Numbered from the stretch's first letter, positions 27,769 to 39,470 are shown. The stretch: DNA of 64,000 nucleotides from Candidatus Bathyarchaeota archaeon (GCA_963707955.1 OY970176.1:1824001-1888000), one strand, 5' to 3'. Notes: a model not told the origin generated them from the sequence alone. A program made the numbers and translations.

Positions 27769-30214
27769 TCAATCACTGGGACCGAGTAGCTTGTAGAATT
27801 GGACTTTCAGGAAGTCAGTAACCACGAACAGCGTCAAGGCATATCCCCATACGATGGCAGCAAGACCCCAGACCCATGGCGGGTAACAGAATTCCGTAAA
27901 CGGTGAGAAGCGTGGCGGTCAGCTGGGTGCCTATTACTGCGAAGAGCAGGATTTTCGCTGGTTTAACTGTCCAGAAATGACCTTTTGTTCGAGCCGCAAG
28001 CAACACCGTATGACCGGCGACAGAGAGTTTCAAGTATATAAAAGACTGGAGAATGGGATTGTGCAGACCTATGTGCAAAACGTTCGTGCCTATCAAGAGA
28101 AGCCCAAAGGAGGAAAAAACTCCTATAATGCCCAAGAATGTGGCTATACCCAACACTTTTCGCATGTCCCACTTCTCTGGGAAGTCAGAGTACTTTACAT
28201 TGTCATAAGCTATCGTGATGACTGGTAGGTCATTTAAAATTGCCAGCAACACTATCATGAGTGCAGTGACAGGGTAGATGGTAAATGCCAAGATCGTTGC
28301 AGTGATAAAAAGCAACACGCGGATGGTCTCGGCAATGCGGTATATGGCGTAATTGGTCATCCGTTGGAAAATCTTGCGGCTCTGCTGGATAGCGTCTATG
28401 ATCACGGAAAGGCCAGGTTTTGTGAGAACGATTGCAGCGGCAGACTTCGCTGCGTCTGTGGCGCCGGCCACTGCGATTCCTGCATCAGCCTTCTTCAACG
28501 CGGGCGCATCATTCACTCCGTCTCCGGTCATGCCTACAATGTGGTCTTTGCTCTGGAGAAGTTCGACTATGTGATACTTGTGCTCAGGGAATACTTCAGC
28601 GAAGCCATCAGCTTTCTCAACAACTTGCACAGCTTCGCTTTCTGGCTTGTTCAGAAAAGAAGAGGCCACTGCAATATCAGTGCCCAAATTCACGCGGCGT
28701 GCAGTCTCCTTTGCGATGGCTAAATGGTCGCCCGTAACCATTTTAACGTCGACACCCATAGACTCCGCGATTTTAATGGTGTCAGCAGAGTCTTCACGAG
28801 GCGGATCATATAGAGCGATTAAACCGGCAAATTGCCACTTATCCTGAGCATCAGTTCTGGCCACGCCGAGAGATCTGTACCCTTTTACCGCCAGTGAATC
28901 AACTATTTCTTCAACCGTGCCACCGATTTTCTCCTTATTCGCAATAAAGGATAGAATTGCTTGCGGCGCCCCTTTCGAGATTCTGAAGCGGGCTCCATTG
29001 CTTTCTTGCAATGTGGCTTCGGTTCGTTTTGAAACTGGATCGAATGGTTTGAAGTCACTAATTTTGTAGTGCCGTAAGGGTTCAGCTAACGCTGTTATGC
29101 TCCGTGCCTTTGCGATAATTGCGTTGTCAATGGGATCTTTATCTTCCTCTCTTGATGCAAGTGCGCTGTACAGCAGTACGTCATTGTCTGTGAACCCGCT
29201 AAGGGGCTTAACCTCGCCTACTGTGAGCTCATTCTTTGTAATGGTGCCCGTCTTGTCTGAACATAATATGTCCATACCTGCCATCTCTTCAATGGCTACT
29301 AACTTGCTCACAATCGCTTCCTTGGCAGCGAGAGCTATTGCGCCTATCGCCATCGTAACTGAAAGCACGGTTGGCAACGCTGCGGGTATCGCAGCAACGA
29401 CCAAGACAAGGGCAAATTGGAGAATCTGAAGTGGATTTTGAGAACGGAGAAGTTCAACAACAACAATAACGGCTACAAGTGCAATGGCGAGGAAAATGAG
29501 GTAGTCGCCGATTCTGATTACGGCTTTCTGGAAATGACTTTGAGTTTTGGCTTCTTCCACGAGCTTAGCGGTTTTGCCGAAATATGTTCCTATGCCTGTA
29601 GTGACTACTAGTCCATTCATTTCTCCGTGACTAGCGACAGAACCAGCGTATGCAACATCTGACAAATGTTTTTCCACGGGTAATGATTCTCCGGTCAACG
29701 CTGATTCGTCAGCGAGCAGATAGCTGCCTTCAATGAGCTTGACGTCCGCCGGAATTATGTCGCCAAGACGTATGCGCACGATGTCTCCAGGAACGAGTTC
29801 GCGAGCAGGCGTTTCTTGCCACTTGTTGTCACGCAGAACGCGTGCTTTGAGCGCAAGTTTCTGTTTAAGCAACTCAATAGCGTTACCCGCCTGACGTTCT
29901 CGCGTGAACCCTATCACCGCGTTTGAAAGTAATAGGGCAAGTATGATGGCGAAGTCCTCCCAACTCTTGATGTATGCGGACATGACGACCGCAGCTTCTA
30001 TCATCCATGGAATCGGCCCCCAAAAATAGGTTAAAAACTTGATCAGCGGGTTCGCTTTTTTCTCAGGAATCTCATTAGGGCCATATAGTTGAAGTCGCTT
30101 TCCCGCCTCGAAGGAAGAAAGGCCATCCGTGCTCGTCGAAAGTCTGCTTAACAGTTCATCAACATTAGCTTTCTTCGCCTCGTCTGCAGTTAAAAGACTC
30201 TTACTCATGAACAC
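27769..30214 (-). CDS. Second proton-efflux P-type ATPase (type IIIA), frameshift near 27867
   Basis: TGES, DKTGT, GDGVNDAPALK; the last TM (LAAIVWGYALTLFVVTDFLKVQFYKLLGPSD*) is in a shifted frame after a G run. Confidence 0.93.
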
Positions 30215-30354
30215 ACCGTATCTGCAATCGACAACTTTTTTGTAATCTCATATTTTGAACTGAACTCTCGTTGCCCGCCTAAGATGCGTCTGCATCATCG
30301 AATTCGCTCAAACATGCTTGGAGCAACCTTTTCTCGGTGCACTTGCTACTCGCG

Positions 30355-31680
30355 TTATTTGTTGTTGACGCTTTTTATCAGTTTGGTCATTTCCTTCTTG
30401 AGTTCGTCAAGTCTCTTCTGATCCATCGTCTCTATTGATAAGCGGAGTATCGGCGAGGTGTTTGATGCTCTAATCAAAGCCCACGAATCTGGAAAAACGA
30501 TTTTGATGCCGTCGATTGTGTCTGTGTTTTCATATGTTTCCGTAGCCTTTTCTTTTATCTTATTGATGACCTGAAACTTCGTCTCGTCTGAGCAGTTTAT
30601 TTCGATTCTTTCAAAAAGCCTCGCCGGCAATTCTTTCACGGCTTCTGACAGTTTTTGCCCCATTTTGGAGACTATGTCAGCCATGTACATACTGTTTATT
30701 ATCGCGTCGTCGAACCAGAAGAACTTTGGAACGCATATGTGCCCAGATTTCTCAACACCAAAAACAGCGTTGTGTCTCTTGGTTTCCTGCACCAGAAAAG
30801 TGTGGCCAACCGGTATCCGAAACACTTTTTCTCCATACTTCCTGACTTCGTCCTCTATGATGTCTGAGCATTCTATGTTGGCGACAACGGGGCCTCTTTG
30901 AGTTTTCATTATGTCCCTTATGAAAAGGATTGCGCTTTGCTCGGTCATGATGACTTTGCCTGTGTCGTCAACGAATATGGCTCTGTCACCATCGCCGTCG
31001 AACGCTATTCCAAGATCTGCCCTCTCTTTCACAACCTTCTCGCAGAGAGCTGTCAAGGATTCAGGTTTCGGTTCAGGATCCCTGTTCGAAAACGTTGGAT
31101 CAGGCCAATCAAACAAGAAAGTCGCCTTAACACCGATTTTCTTGAGAATCTTCGGAACCAGTAGGCATGCAGCCCCGTTTCCGAAGTCAACGGCGATGTT
31201 TATTCTCTCTGGTTTTATTCTTTCAGCTACGAAATTAGCGTACTCTTCGTCCATTCCTATGAGCTTTTTTGCTGACCCTGCGCCTGTTTTGAAACTTCCT
31301 AGGGAGCTGATCTCCCCCAGTTTTTTGTTCTCGTCTTCAAAGAAACCGACTCCGTCTTGGTGGAAGAATTTTACGCCGTTCCACTTTGCTGGCAGATGAG
31401 ACGCGGTTATGTACGCGGCTACGTCGTTTTTCATTTTCCAGTTTGCAAAGACGCAGAGGGTCGCGGGACATGTTCCGACCATGTTGGCGTTTGACCCAGT
31501 CTTTTTCAATCCCGAAACGAATGCCTCCTCGAGTTGCGCTCCGTGCTCTCTGAAATCTCTTCCAATCGTGAAGTTTCCGGGAGAACATGTTCCAGCTGCT
31601 TCACCGATTCTCATCATGATTTCGTCAGTCAAATCTTTACCGTAAATTCCTCTTATGTCGTAAGCTCTGAAGATGCCCAT
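30355..31680 (-). CDS. Phosphomannomutase/phosphoglucomutase
   Basis: FRAYDIRG, ITASH, FDGDGDR, EKSGH, RASNT. Confidence 0.93.
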   Translation of the reverse strand: MGIFRAYDIRGIYGKDLTDEIMMRIGEAAGTCSPGNFTIGRDFREHGAQLEEAFVSGLKKTGSNANMVGTCPATLCVFANWKMKNDVAAYITASHLPAKWNGVKFFHQDGVGFFEDENKKLGEISSLGSFKTGAGSAKKLIGMDEEYANFVAERIKPERINIAVDFGNGAACLLVPKILKKIGVKATFLFDWPDPTFSNRDPEPKPESLTALCEKVVKERADLGIAFDGDGDRAIFVDDTGKVIMTEQSAILFIRDIMKTQRGPVVANIECSDIIEDEVRKYGEKVFRIPVGHTFLVQETKRHNAVFGVEKSGHICVPKFFWFDDAIINSMYMADIVSKMGQKLSEAVKELPARLFERIEINCSDETKFQVINKIKEKATETYENTDTIDGIKIVFPDSWALIRASNTSPILRLSIETMDQKRLDELKKEMTKLIKSVNNK

Positions 31681-32145
31681 CTTCTATCACAAGGCTTCTA
31701 TTTGTTCAATATGACGTTCTCTATTAAAGATCCTTTTCTTATTAGTTATGCTTTCACACACGTTTCTTTGGCACACGACGGGTTTAGAGCTTCAAGCGCG
31801 CGTCAGTCAAATAACAAATCTCTCAGAGGCAACGAAAAGAAAAGAAACTTCCGCGCGCGCATTTAATCCAAAATGCAGCCAAGAAATCCTCAAAATAAAT
31901 CAGCTAATATTCACACCGAAAATTACTGGAGTTATGACTAATGTGTTTTCAGGACTATCGCCGCAGTCGCTACACTGATTATAGACAAAAGGAAGTTCTC
32001 TACATTCTTCACAGATCACGAAAACTAGTCTATCAGTGTAATTGAGGCGCGTGCGTCTGGGTTCTGGATTGATTGGGATTGGTTTTTAATATAACGAAAA
32101 GTAGATAGAGTCGAAAGTGGTAAAAACCTCAAGGAGAGGCAACTG

Positions 32146-32505
32146 TTGGCAACCGATCTTGTCTCAAATATCTTGAAGTTTTTAAGAAAAGAGAGAATCA
32201 AAATGAAACTGCGGATGATTTCTGATTCGGAATTTTGGCTTGAAGGTCCGTATGGTTTTCTGACTGCCAAGTTCCGCGTGGATAAAGGAAACCATCAAGT
32301 ATTGTATGATCTTTTCTCGCCAAAATACGATGTACATTTGAAAGAAGAGGCCCTCAGAGACGTTGAAAAACTAGATCTAATCGTGGAAGAAAGAGGAAAA
32401 TGGGATTATGAAAAATCTATTGAAGGTTTGTGGCTAGTTCTAGATTGTGTCAATCTTTGGGCGCAGGAAAACAGGTTCAGTGTCAAAGAAAAAGACTTAA
32501 CCTAA
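32146..32505 (+). CDS. Hypothetical protein (start uncertain)
   Basis: 119-aa ORF with protein-like composition. Confidence 0.55.
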   Translation: MATDLVSNILKFLRKERIKMKLRMISDSEFWLEGPYGFLTAKFRVDKGNHQVLYDLFSPKYDVHLKEEALRDVEKLDLIVEERGKWDYEKSIEGLWLVLDCVNLWAQENRFSVKEKDLT

Positions 32506-32569
32506 TAGAACACTAGGGCGCGCGCGGAAGACCAGAAGAAGTATCAGAAGAGGCCTCACATAGAAACGG

Positions 32570-32680
32570 TTTATTGATTCAACAGCAGCAGTCTCGCCAC
32601 CTGGCGTATGAAGAATGAGGTCCAGACCCAGTTTCGGATCAAGGTGATGTGTCGCATTCATGAAACCAATCTTGTCATTG
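32570..32680 (-). pseudogene. Fragment of an SDH/ClpP-class serine protease gene
   Basis: DKIGFMNATHHLDPKLGLDLILHTPGGETAAVESI; lies between two GCGCGCGC runs. Confidence 0.6.
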
Positions 32681-32693
32681 TAGCGCGCGCATG

Positions 32694-33524
32694 CTAAGTT
32701 TTCTGGTTCCCCGTCTTGGGGTCTTTCTTGCTTGTGTCTTTGACGATTTCTTTGAAGCCGTACATGCCGATTGGTGGCCATCCTGCTTCTGGCATCGATG
32801 ATGGAACGAGCATTATTGTGTTTGTGCTGGATTGCTGTCCAATTTCGTAGAGGATGTTCATCCACCTCAGCCTTAAAGCTTCGTGGCTTGTTTCGTAGAG
32901 GTTTGCAGCTTTAATCATCATCTGTGCCGCTTCAAATTCTGCCGTCGCCAATGTAACTCTTGCTCTTCTCTCACGTTCGGCCTGTGCTTGTCTTGACATG
33001 GCATCTTGAAGCACCTGAGGAATGCCGACGTCCCTGATTTCAACCGACGTCACCTTTATTCCCCAAGCCTCTGTCTTTGAATCGATTATTCCTCTAGCGA
33101 TTGACCCGACTTTCTCTCTTTCAGTAAGCACTTCATCAAAGCTTGCCTGCCCGATAACCTCTCTCAGCGTCGTCTGTGCGGCAAAGTCGGTGGCGTCTCT
33201 AAAACTCTCTGCGCCCAACACAACCTTCTGCAGGTCTACAGGTTGGAAGTACATGACGGCGTCCACAACCACAGGCACGTTATCCTTAGTCAGAGTCTGC
33301 TCGGTCTTGAAGGAAACCACCTGAAGCCTGGTTGATATGACGAAGGGCACTCGGCTTATGATTGGTGGCACGTAGATTACTCCCGGGCCTTTGAGTCCTT
33401 TGTATCTGCCCAAAGTGAGTAGTGGAGCCCTTTCCCACTCTTTCAAAACTCTAATGCCGCTCAGAAGAATTATCAGCACTATGAGGAGAACAAAAAGCTC
33501 TATCGCCAAAGTCACTGGATCCAT
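32694..33524 (-). CDS. SPFH/stomatin (band 7) protein
   Basis: TLTKDNVPV.VDAV, AQTTLREVIG, WGIKV..VEIRD, AMSRQAQAERERRA. Confidence 0.93.
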   Translation of the reverse strand: MDPVTLAIELFVLLIVLIILLSGIRVLKEWERAPLLTLGRYKGLKGPGVIYVPPIISRVPFVISTRLQVVSFKTEQTLTKDNVPVVVDAVMYFQPVDLQKVVLGAESFRDATDFAAQTTLREVIGQASFDEVLTEREKVGSIARGIIDSKTEAWGIKVTSVEIRDVGIPQVLQDAMSRQAQAERERRARVTLATAEFEAAQMMIKAANLYETSHEALRLRWMNILYEIGQQSSTNTIMLVPSSMPEAGWPPIGMYGFKEIVKDTSKKDPKTGNQKT

Positions 33525-33599
33525 TCAAAACCACCTGATCTGGAGAGAATGTTCTTCACTTATTAATTTTGTCATGCTTAAACGAAGCAGCCTGCAGCC

Positions 33600-34907
33600 C
33601 TATTTCTTGGATTCGTTTGAAGGTTCCACATCAGTTTTCTCGACTATGAGAACTAGATCCTGCAGAGATTTGACCCTTACACACTCGCCCTTCTGAATGT
33701 CACCTGAAGCTGACTTGGCTCTCCACACGAATCCTGCGACTCTCACTTCCCCGTCAGGCTTCAGATCTGTCACCGCCATTCCGGCCTTTCCAATAATCGC
33801 TTCAGGTCCAGTTAGCTTGGTCTTACGTAGTATGGGGCCTATCATCCATCTGAAGTAGAGTCCCGCGACAACCCCGAAGACCACGACCAGAAACAGTTCG
33901 AGCTCTGTCACGTTTGTGATAGGCGACGGCGAATAATTCAATCCCTGCGCCAAGTAATATATTCCAAATGCCCCGACAGCTACACCGGCTATCATGGCGA
34001 AACCGTGTCCAAGCTTGAGTTCGAGCACGATTAGAACTGCTGCAATGGCTAGAATTGCATAGCCAAGAACTGAGGCTCCGATGACTTCTGCGCCTATCAG
34101 CCCCGTGATTATTCCAAAGATCCCCGCTATAGTGAGAATGATCGTCGGATGGTAAATGTCAAGCACGATCGCCACTATTCCCAGCAGAATAAGGATTCCA
34201 TCGAGTGTGGGGTTGCTCAAGGCGCTTATGAACTGATCGTACAAGGATTCGTTGCGCGTGACCTGAGGCGCTCCTGTCAACCCAACATCATTTATTACAT
34301 CATTCAATGAACCTGCAGAACCATCCGCAACGTGGTATGCCACTGCCTCATTCGCCGAGAAAGCCTCATCCTGCTGAACCATATTATATGCAGCCGTGCT
34401 GTTTCGCCCCCATTTTTCGGCGAGGCTGATCATCAAAGAAAGCATTGCAGCCTGCGTATGGTTCTGCTCCAAATCCGTTCCCCCAACAACGATCGGAGTG
34501 CTAGGTCCGATGGCGGAGCCCGTTGCCATGAAAATCTTGTTAGTTGCCATCGCGATGTAGCTTCCAGCGGAGGCTGCTAACCCGTTAGGCACGACGAAAG
34601 TGTAGCTAGGTATGCCAGACTGATTCGCGCGAGTTATCGAGCCTATAATCGAAACCATATCGCTCAACAAACCGCCTGGAGTGTTCATCTGAAATACGAT
34701 CGCAGAAGCATCCTGCTGAATAGCATAACTAACCGCACTGTCAACGAAACCTGAAGAACCAGGATCAACAGGGACATCAAAATTGACTACTACAACTGGG
34801 CCTAATGTTCCCTCAGCATGCCCTTTCATGATTACTCCAAAAAGACAACCTACAACCTCAAGAAAAAGCAGGGCGTAAAACAGGCCGAAGCGCAGACGCG
34901 CCTTCAA
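33600..34907 (-). CDS. nfeD: Long-form NfeD (ClpP-like protease domain + TM + OB fold)
   Basis: MNTPGG, AASAGSYI, IGPSTPI, TGPEAIIGK...LKPDGEVRV.G..W.A; upstream of stomatin; TTG start after AGGAG. Confidence 0.9.
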   Translation of the reverse strand: MKARLRFGLFYALLFLEVVGCLFGVIMKGHAEGTLGPVVVVNFDVPVDPGSSGFVDSAVSYAIQQDASAIVFQMNTPGGLLSDMVSIIGSITRANQSGIPSYTFVVPNGLAASAGSYIAMATNKIFMATGSAIGPSTPIVVGGTDLEQNHTQAAMLSLMISLAEKWGRNSTAAYNMVQQDEAFSANEAVAYHVADGSAGSLNDVINDVGLTGAPQVTRNESLYDQFISALSNPTLDGILILLGIVAIVLDIYHPTIILTIAGIFGIITGLIGAEVIGASVLGYAILAIAAVLIVLELKLGHGFAMIAGVAVGAFGIYYLAQGLNYSPSPITNVTELELFLVVVFGVVAGLYFRWMIGPILRKTKLTGPEAIIGKAGMAVTDLKPDGEVRVAGFVWRAKSASGDIQKGECVRVKSLQDLVLIVEKTDVEPSNESKK

Positions 34908-35134
34908 GTAAGTGTAACTCCTTTTCCAAGTTTGGAACAATCCCTTCTAGACAGCAGCAGTGTCCCTGTTCGAAAGCGCAGGCCCAAAAACGCGGAGGCT
35001 ACGTTCGGACCGAGCATATCAAGTCGCCCAATGTTTTCACCCTGCCAAAAGGGTACTGCAGATATAAAGCTTAAGGTGCACGCGCGGTGGTTGGCTGGAG
35101 TAGAGTTTCGCCCAAACCCAAAACGAACTGAATA

Positions 35135-35455
35135 TTACTCTACCTGGAAGACGTTTCCGCATTTTGTGCATTTGATGCTACGTTTCTCGGTTACTTTGAC
35201 GTAGAACAGAAGATAACCACAAGATGGGCACTTGATAGCCTGTCTCTTGTCACTTGCTGGTTCAGTTCTTGCTGCTGGCTCCGTCCTAGCCGCTGGTTCA
35301 GTTCTTGCTGCTGGCTCCGTCCTAGCCGCTGGTTCAGTTCTTGCTGCTGGCTCCGTCCTAGCCGCTGGTTCAGTTCTTGCTGCTGGCTCCGTCCTAGCAC
35401 CTGGATCCGTTCTGGCCTCTGGTTCCCATTTACTCGCTTGAACCTTTCTTGCCAA
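35135..35455 (-). CDS. Zinc-ribbon protein with (ARTEPA)n repeats
   Basis: About nine 6-aa repeats, then CPSCG...CTKCG. Confidence 0.75.
   Translation of the reverse strand: MARKVQASKWEPEARTDPGARTEPAARTEPAARTEPAARTEPAARTEPAARTEPAARTEPAARTEPASDKRQAIKCPSCGYLLFYVKVTEKRSIKCTKCGNVFQVE
35256..35399. repeat. Tandem repeat of 4 x 36 bp (two alternating 18-bp variants)
   Basis: GCTGGTTCAGTTCTTGCTGCTGGCTCCGTCCTAGCC at 35256, 35292, 35328 and 35364. Confidence 0.95.
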
Positions 35456-35539
35456 TTAACTCATCCCGACTATGCGACTTCAAAACATCTGCCGCTTTTA
35501 TGTTTTCCTGATCTTTCAACCTCCGCGCTAGCGCGTTGC
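35451..35539 (-). repeat. ~90-bp promoter/leader segment, duplicated at 53042-53130
   Basis: GAAAACATAAAAGCGGCAGATGTTTTGAAGTCGCATAGTCGGGATGAGTTAATTGGC is identical in both copies. Confidence 0.9.
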
Positions 35540-35607
35540 GCGCGCCATTTTTAGCTCCTCCAGCCCCGAGTATTATCTTCCACATACTGGGGTCGAAGTG
35601 TGGCCAA

Positions 35608-38130
35608 CTATGATTCATACCACAATATCTGTCTGGCTTCCAGGGGTATCGCAGCCCCACCAAAATAGGGAATGATGCGTGGCGTATAGTCTTCTGCTGA
35701 CCGACGGGCCGGGATACGGGCACGATAGAGATAGCTATTCGCTGTTCCGGCAGCCTCAGCTACCTCCATGACATGAATTTCGGATTCTCCGTTACCCTGT
35801 GGCTCGGCGAATAGCTGGACCTGCACTGCCTTCGGATCAAGCTTATCAAGATACGCTTCTACCGTCATAATATATTCGTCACCTTCTCTCTGCACACCCA
35901 GCCTTTCGAAGTGTAATTTCTGCCAATGCGTCTCCAGTAACTCTCGCCAGTGGCATAAGCGTACTGACTCATTTGCCCCGTCGGCAGAGCGCTTATGATA
36001 GTTCTTGGCAGCAGTGAGGTATAGTCTATCGACATACTCTCGCAGCATTCGGTTCGTACTGAATTGCGGGGTGAGCTCAGCCATACTCGTCCGCATGCGT
36101 GCTATCCAACCGGTGGGGATGCCTCGGCCATCACGTTCATAGAAGCACGGAATAATCTCCTCCTCGAGGAGACGATAGGTCTCTTCCGCCTCTTGAGCAT
36201 CCCAGTTAAGGTCATCACCATGCTCCTGCCCATCGCCTATAGCCCAGCCAACCTCGGCCCGGTAAGCTTCTGCCCACCACCCATCCCGCTCCGATAAGTT
36301 TAAGCCACCGTTTACCAGAACCTTCATGCCACTAGTACCGCAAGCCTCCCAAGGGCGGCGGGGTGTGTTTATCCAAAGGTCCACGCCTTGTACCAACTGC
36401 TCGGCCAGAGCCATATCGTAGTCAGAGAGGAAGACTACCTTGTCTTGCACATCGGAACGAAGCGAATACTCCCACCAAGCTCGTACCAAGGCTTTGCCTT
36501 CTTCATCGTGAGGGTGGGCTTTACCGGCAATAACGAGTTGAACAGGCCGATGAGGGTTGTTCAGTATTCTGCTTAGCCGATCGGGATCATGGAGCAATAG
36601 ATTTGGTCGTTTGTATGCGGTGAAGCGCCGGGCAAAACCCATTGTGAGAACGCTAGGGTCCAGTAGTTGGTTGGACTGCTTTATGAGTTGCACCGAGGCA
36701 CCTGCTCTCGCTAGCTGACGGCCAAGACGTGCACGTACGTAATGGATCAGTTGCTCTGCTTCTTCCATGCGTAGTTGCCACAACGACTCGTCAGTTATCT
36801 TCTTCAAATCGTCTTTAATCGTATCCATGGTATTTAGCCAACGCTCTTTCCCGCAGGCATTGGTCCAGGTCGTATCGGCCGTTGCAGAGTCCCATGACGG
36901 CATGTGAACACCGTTGGTAACGTGGGTGATTGGTACCTCGCCCTTGGGCCAGCGAGGGAATAATGGTTGGAAAATGCGCCGGTTTACCTCGCCATGAAGA
37001 CGGCTGACACCGTTGACCACTCCTGAACCCCGCATAGCCAGAAAGGCCATGTTGAGTGGTTCCTGTGAGTTGGCAGGATCCTGGCGACCTAACGCTAGAA
37101 GACCGCCCAATCCAATACCCAGTTGATCCGCATAATTTGCCAGATAACGGCTGACCAGTTCTGGTGAGAATCGATCGAAACCCGCCTCAACAGGTGTATG
37201 CGTGGTAAAGATGTTGCCCGCACGAGTTGCGGCCAAAGCCACCTTGAAAGGCTGATGTTCACTCAACATAAAGCTGCGCGCCCGCTCGACCACAGCTAGT
37301 GCCGCATGTCCCTCATTCAGGTGACATACTTCAGGTTGAATACCAATGGCATCAAGCAGTCGCCAGCCTCCGATCCCCAACACAATCTCTTGCTGCAGGC
37401 GCAGTTCCGGTCCTCCACCGTAGAGCTCGCTGGTAATCCCGCGGTCAGGGGGACTGTTGATGGGATCATTACTGTCCAGGAGATACAGCTTCACCCGTCC
37501 CACTATAGCTTTCCAGGCACGCAACCACAAGGCGCCACCGGGAAAATCTATCCTTATCCGGAGCCACTCTCCATTCTGGTCGCGTACTGGCATAACTGGA
37601 AGCTGGCCAGGGTCGTTGTAGGGGTAAAACTCGGTCTGGTCGCCACGGGCATCTACTGTTTGACGGAAATAGCCCTGCTGGTAGAGAAGACCCACTCCAA
37701 CTACTGGAACGCCCAGGTCACTGGCCGCCTTGAGATAATCACCCGCCAGAATCCCGAGACCGCCCGAGTAAATCGGCAGAGCTTCACCAAGCCCATACTC
37801 CATGCAGAAATAGGCTACTTTTAGTGTCGATTGAGAATGAGTCTGTTGAAACCAAGCCTTTTCTTCAATCGCCTCGCGATGTTCTTCCACAAGTTCATCC
37901 ATCAGTCCCCGGAAAGTGAAATCGGTCGCCAGTGCGTTAAGGCGATTCGCTTTAACTGTTTGAAGCAGAAGCCATGGGTTAGAGGTCATACTCCATAATT
38001 CTGGATCAATGTATTTCCATAGCTTGTCAGCGGCGTGATTCCATGACCAGCGAAGATCGAGGGCTAACTCGGCGAGTCCTTCTAGTCCTTCCGGCAGGGC
38101 AGGTAACAGACAATTGCTCGATACAGTCAT
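35608..38130 (-). CDS. glgP: Alpha-glucan (glycogen/maltodextrin) phosphorylase
   Basis: YSGGLGILAGD, HLNEGH, FARRFTAYKR, AGKAHP, EACGTSGMK (PLP Lys). Confidence 0.95.
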   Translation of the reverse strand: MTVSSNCLLPALPEGLEGLAELALDLRWSWNHAADKLWKYIDPELWSMTSNPWLLLQTVKANRLNALATDFTFRGLMDELVEEHREAIEEKAWFQQTHSQSTLKVAYFCMEYGLGEALPIYSGGLGILAGDYLKAASDLGVPVVGVGLLYQQGYFRQTVDARGDQTEFYPYNDPGQLPVMPVRDQNGEWLRIRIDFPGGALWLRAWKAIVGRVKLYLLDSNDPINSPPDRGITSELYGGGPELRLQQEIVLGIGGWRLLDAIGIQPEVCHLNEGHAALAVVERARSFMLSEHQPFKVALAATRAGNIFTTHTPVEAGFDRFSPELVSRYLANYADQLGIGLGGLLALGRQDPANSQEPLNMAFLAMRGSGVVNGVSRLHGEVNRRIFQPLFPRWPKGEVPITHVTNGVHMPSWDSATADTTWTNACGKERWLNTMDTIKDDLKKITDESLWQLRMEEAEQLIHYVRARLGRQLARAGASVQLIKQSNQLLDPSVLTMGFARRFTAYKRPNLLLHDPDRLSRILNNPHRPVQLVIAGKAHPHDEEGKALVRAWWEYSLRSDVQDKVVFLSDYDMALAEQLVQGVDLWINTPRRPWEACGTSGMKVLVNGGLNLSERDGWWAEAYRAEVGWAIGDGQEHGDDLNWDAQEAEETYRLLEEEIIPCFYERDGRGIPTGWIARMRTSMAELTPQFSTNRMLREYVDRLYLTAAKNYHKRSADGANESVRLCHWRELLETHWQKLHFERLGVQREGDEYIMTVEAYLDKLDPKAVQVQLFAEPQGNGESEIHVMEVAEAAGTANSYLYRARIPARRSAEDYTPRIIPYFGGAAIPLEARQILWYES

Positions 38131-38153
38131 GACAGTCTCCTTACTATTTATCC

Positions 38154-39061
38154 TTACGCGCGCGCGAACTCCGCCATCAAGATCTTGATCCGTTCAGCCA
38201 TTTCTAAAGCCTTTTTGAAGGGTCGTTGCCAAAGATTTCTTCCAAATACCAGACCAGTTGCGCCTGCTTCTAAAGAGATTCTGACCTTTTCTAGGAGTTC
38301 GCCGTCTCCCATTTCTTCTCCCCCAGATATTAGCACCATCGTTTTTCCTGCGGACTTTATTACTCTTTCAAGGGCTTCCTTTGCGTTAAGCTGGAGCGTG
38401 TCGTACGGCTTAGGATACAGTCGACTTCTCTCTTTGTCATATTCGGGAATGTTTATTTTAACCATGTCAGCGCCCAGTTCGTTGGCCACTCGTGCTGCAT
38501 AGTCAACAGCGTAAACGCTATCCCTACCGCCCTTAGCTTCAATCGCCTCGCCTCTTGGATAGGCCCAAACAATAAGGGGCACGCCAAACCTTTGACTATC
38601 CTCTCTAATTTTTGCGAATTGAATGAAATCTTTATCTTGGGCCGGTGAGCCCACAAACAAGGTATATCCAACGGCGTCAGCGCCCAGTCGGACTGCATCC
38701 TCTACTGAGGCGGTTTGAGGTGAAAAGGCATGAGTATCTGGAGGGATTGATGTTTTTCCATTCAGTTTAAGAATCAAAGGGATTTCGCCAGTGAATTCCT
38801 TCATGTATTTTCAGCCAGCCCAATGTGCAAGACTATGGCTGAAAAACTTCCCTCTTTTGCCAATCTCAACTGGTAGGCAGGATCAACGCTTTCTGGATTT
38901 GCAAAAAAATCTCTCGGGCCATGCTCCAATCCATGATCAATTGGCAGAATAAGCGCCATTCCGTTACCCACTCCATGCTCATACAAGATTCGATAAAGCC
39001 TAGTCCTCTTACCAAGATTAAGGTTCAAATCTTTAAGCAAAGGTCTCTTAACTTGAACCAT
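38154..39061 (-). CDS. Class I (DhnA-type) fructose-bisphosphate aldolase, frameshift near 38808
   Basis: [11 protein letters not shown] in ORF 38801..39061 joins ILKLNG...WAYPRG...ELGADMVK...SGG...FGRN in ORF 38154..38804. Confidence 0.88.
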
Positions 39062-39470
39062 TGTCCAAACCGGCTATATTGTGTAGGTCTTCGCATTATA
39101 AGTTTGACGTCCTAGCTTCACAAATCGAACTCATGCGAAGCACATGCTCTTAAAGAAACCTCAATATCAAAGCCGATTTTTGGATTCAGAACAGAGGAGA
39201 CACTCTCAGATTGGTTAGCATGCCAGCGCGTGCGTTGAATAGGGTGGAAAAAGCCAAGCCATAACATTACTCGCAAGATGAGCAGAGACTAAACACAAAA
39301 ATGTAATTTAGCAACAGACTGGCGCGCAATAAGTAGTGTGAAATCAGACTTTGAGAGTGGAAACAATTGGCTCTAATTCTGAGAAACTAATAAATTGGTC
39401 TCTGCCGTACCTGAATGTTAAGGCGTCAGATTTGGTTACTGAAAGGGGAATACATTTTCACGGATGCCAG

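Noticed and set aside
35256-35399. 36-bp repeats as a CRISPR array
   Set aside because: Head-to-tail with no spacers, in frame within a CDS, and no cas genes
38790-38820. Programmed frameshift in the aldolase or other split genes
   Set aside because: No slippery heptamer with stimulatory structure; single-base indel error or decay is simpler
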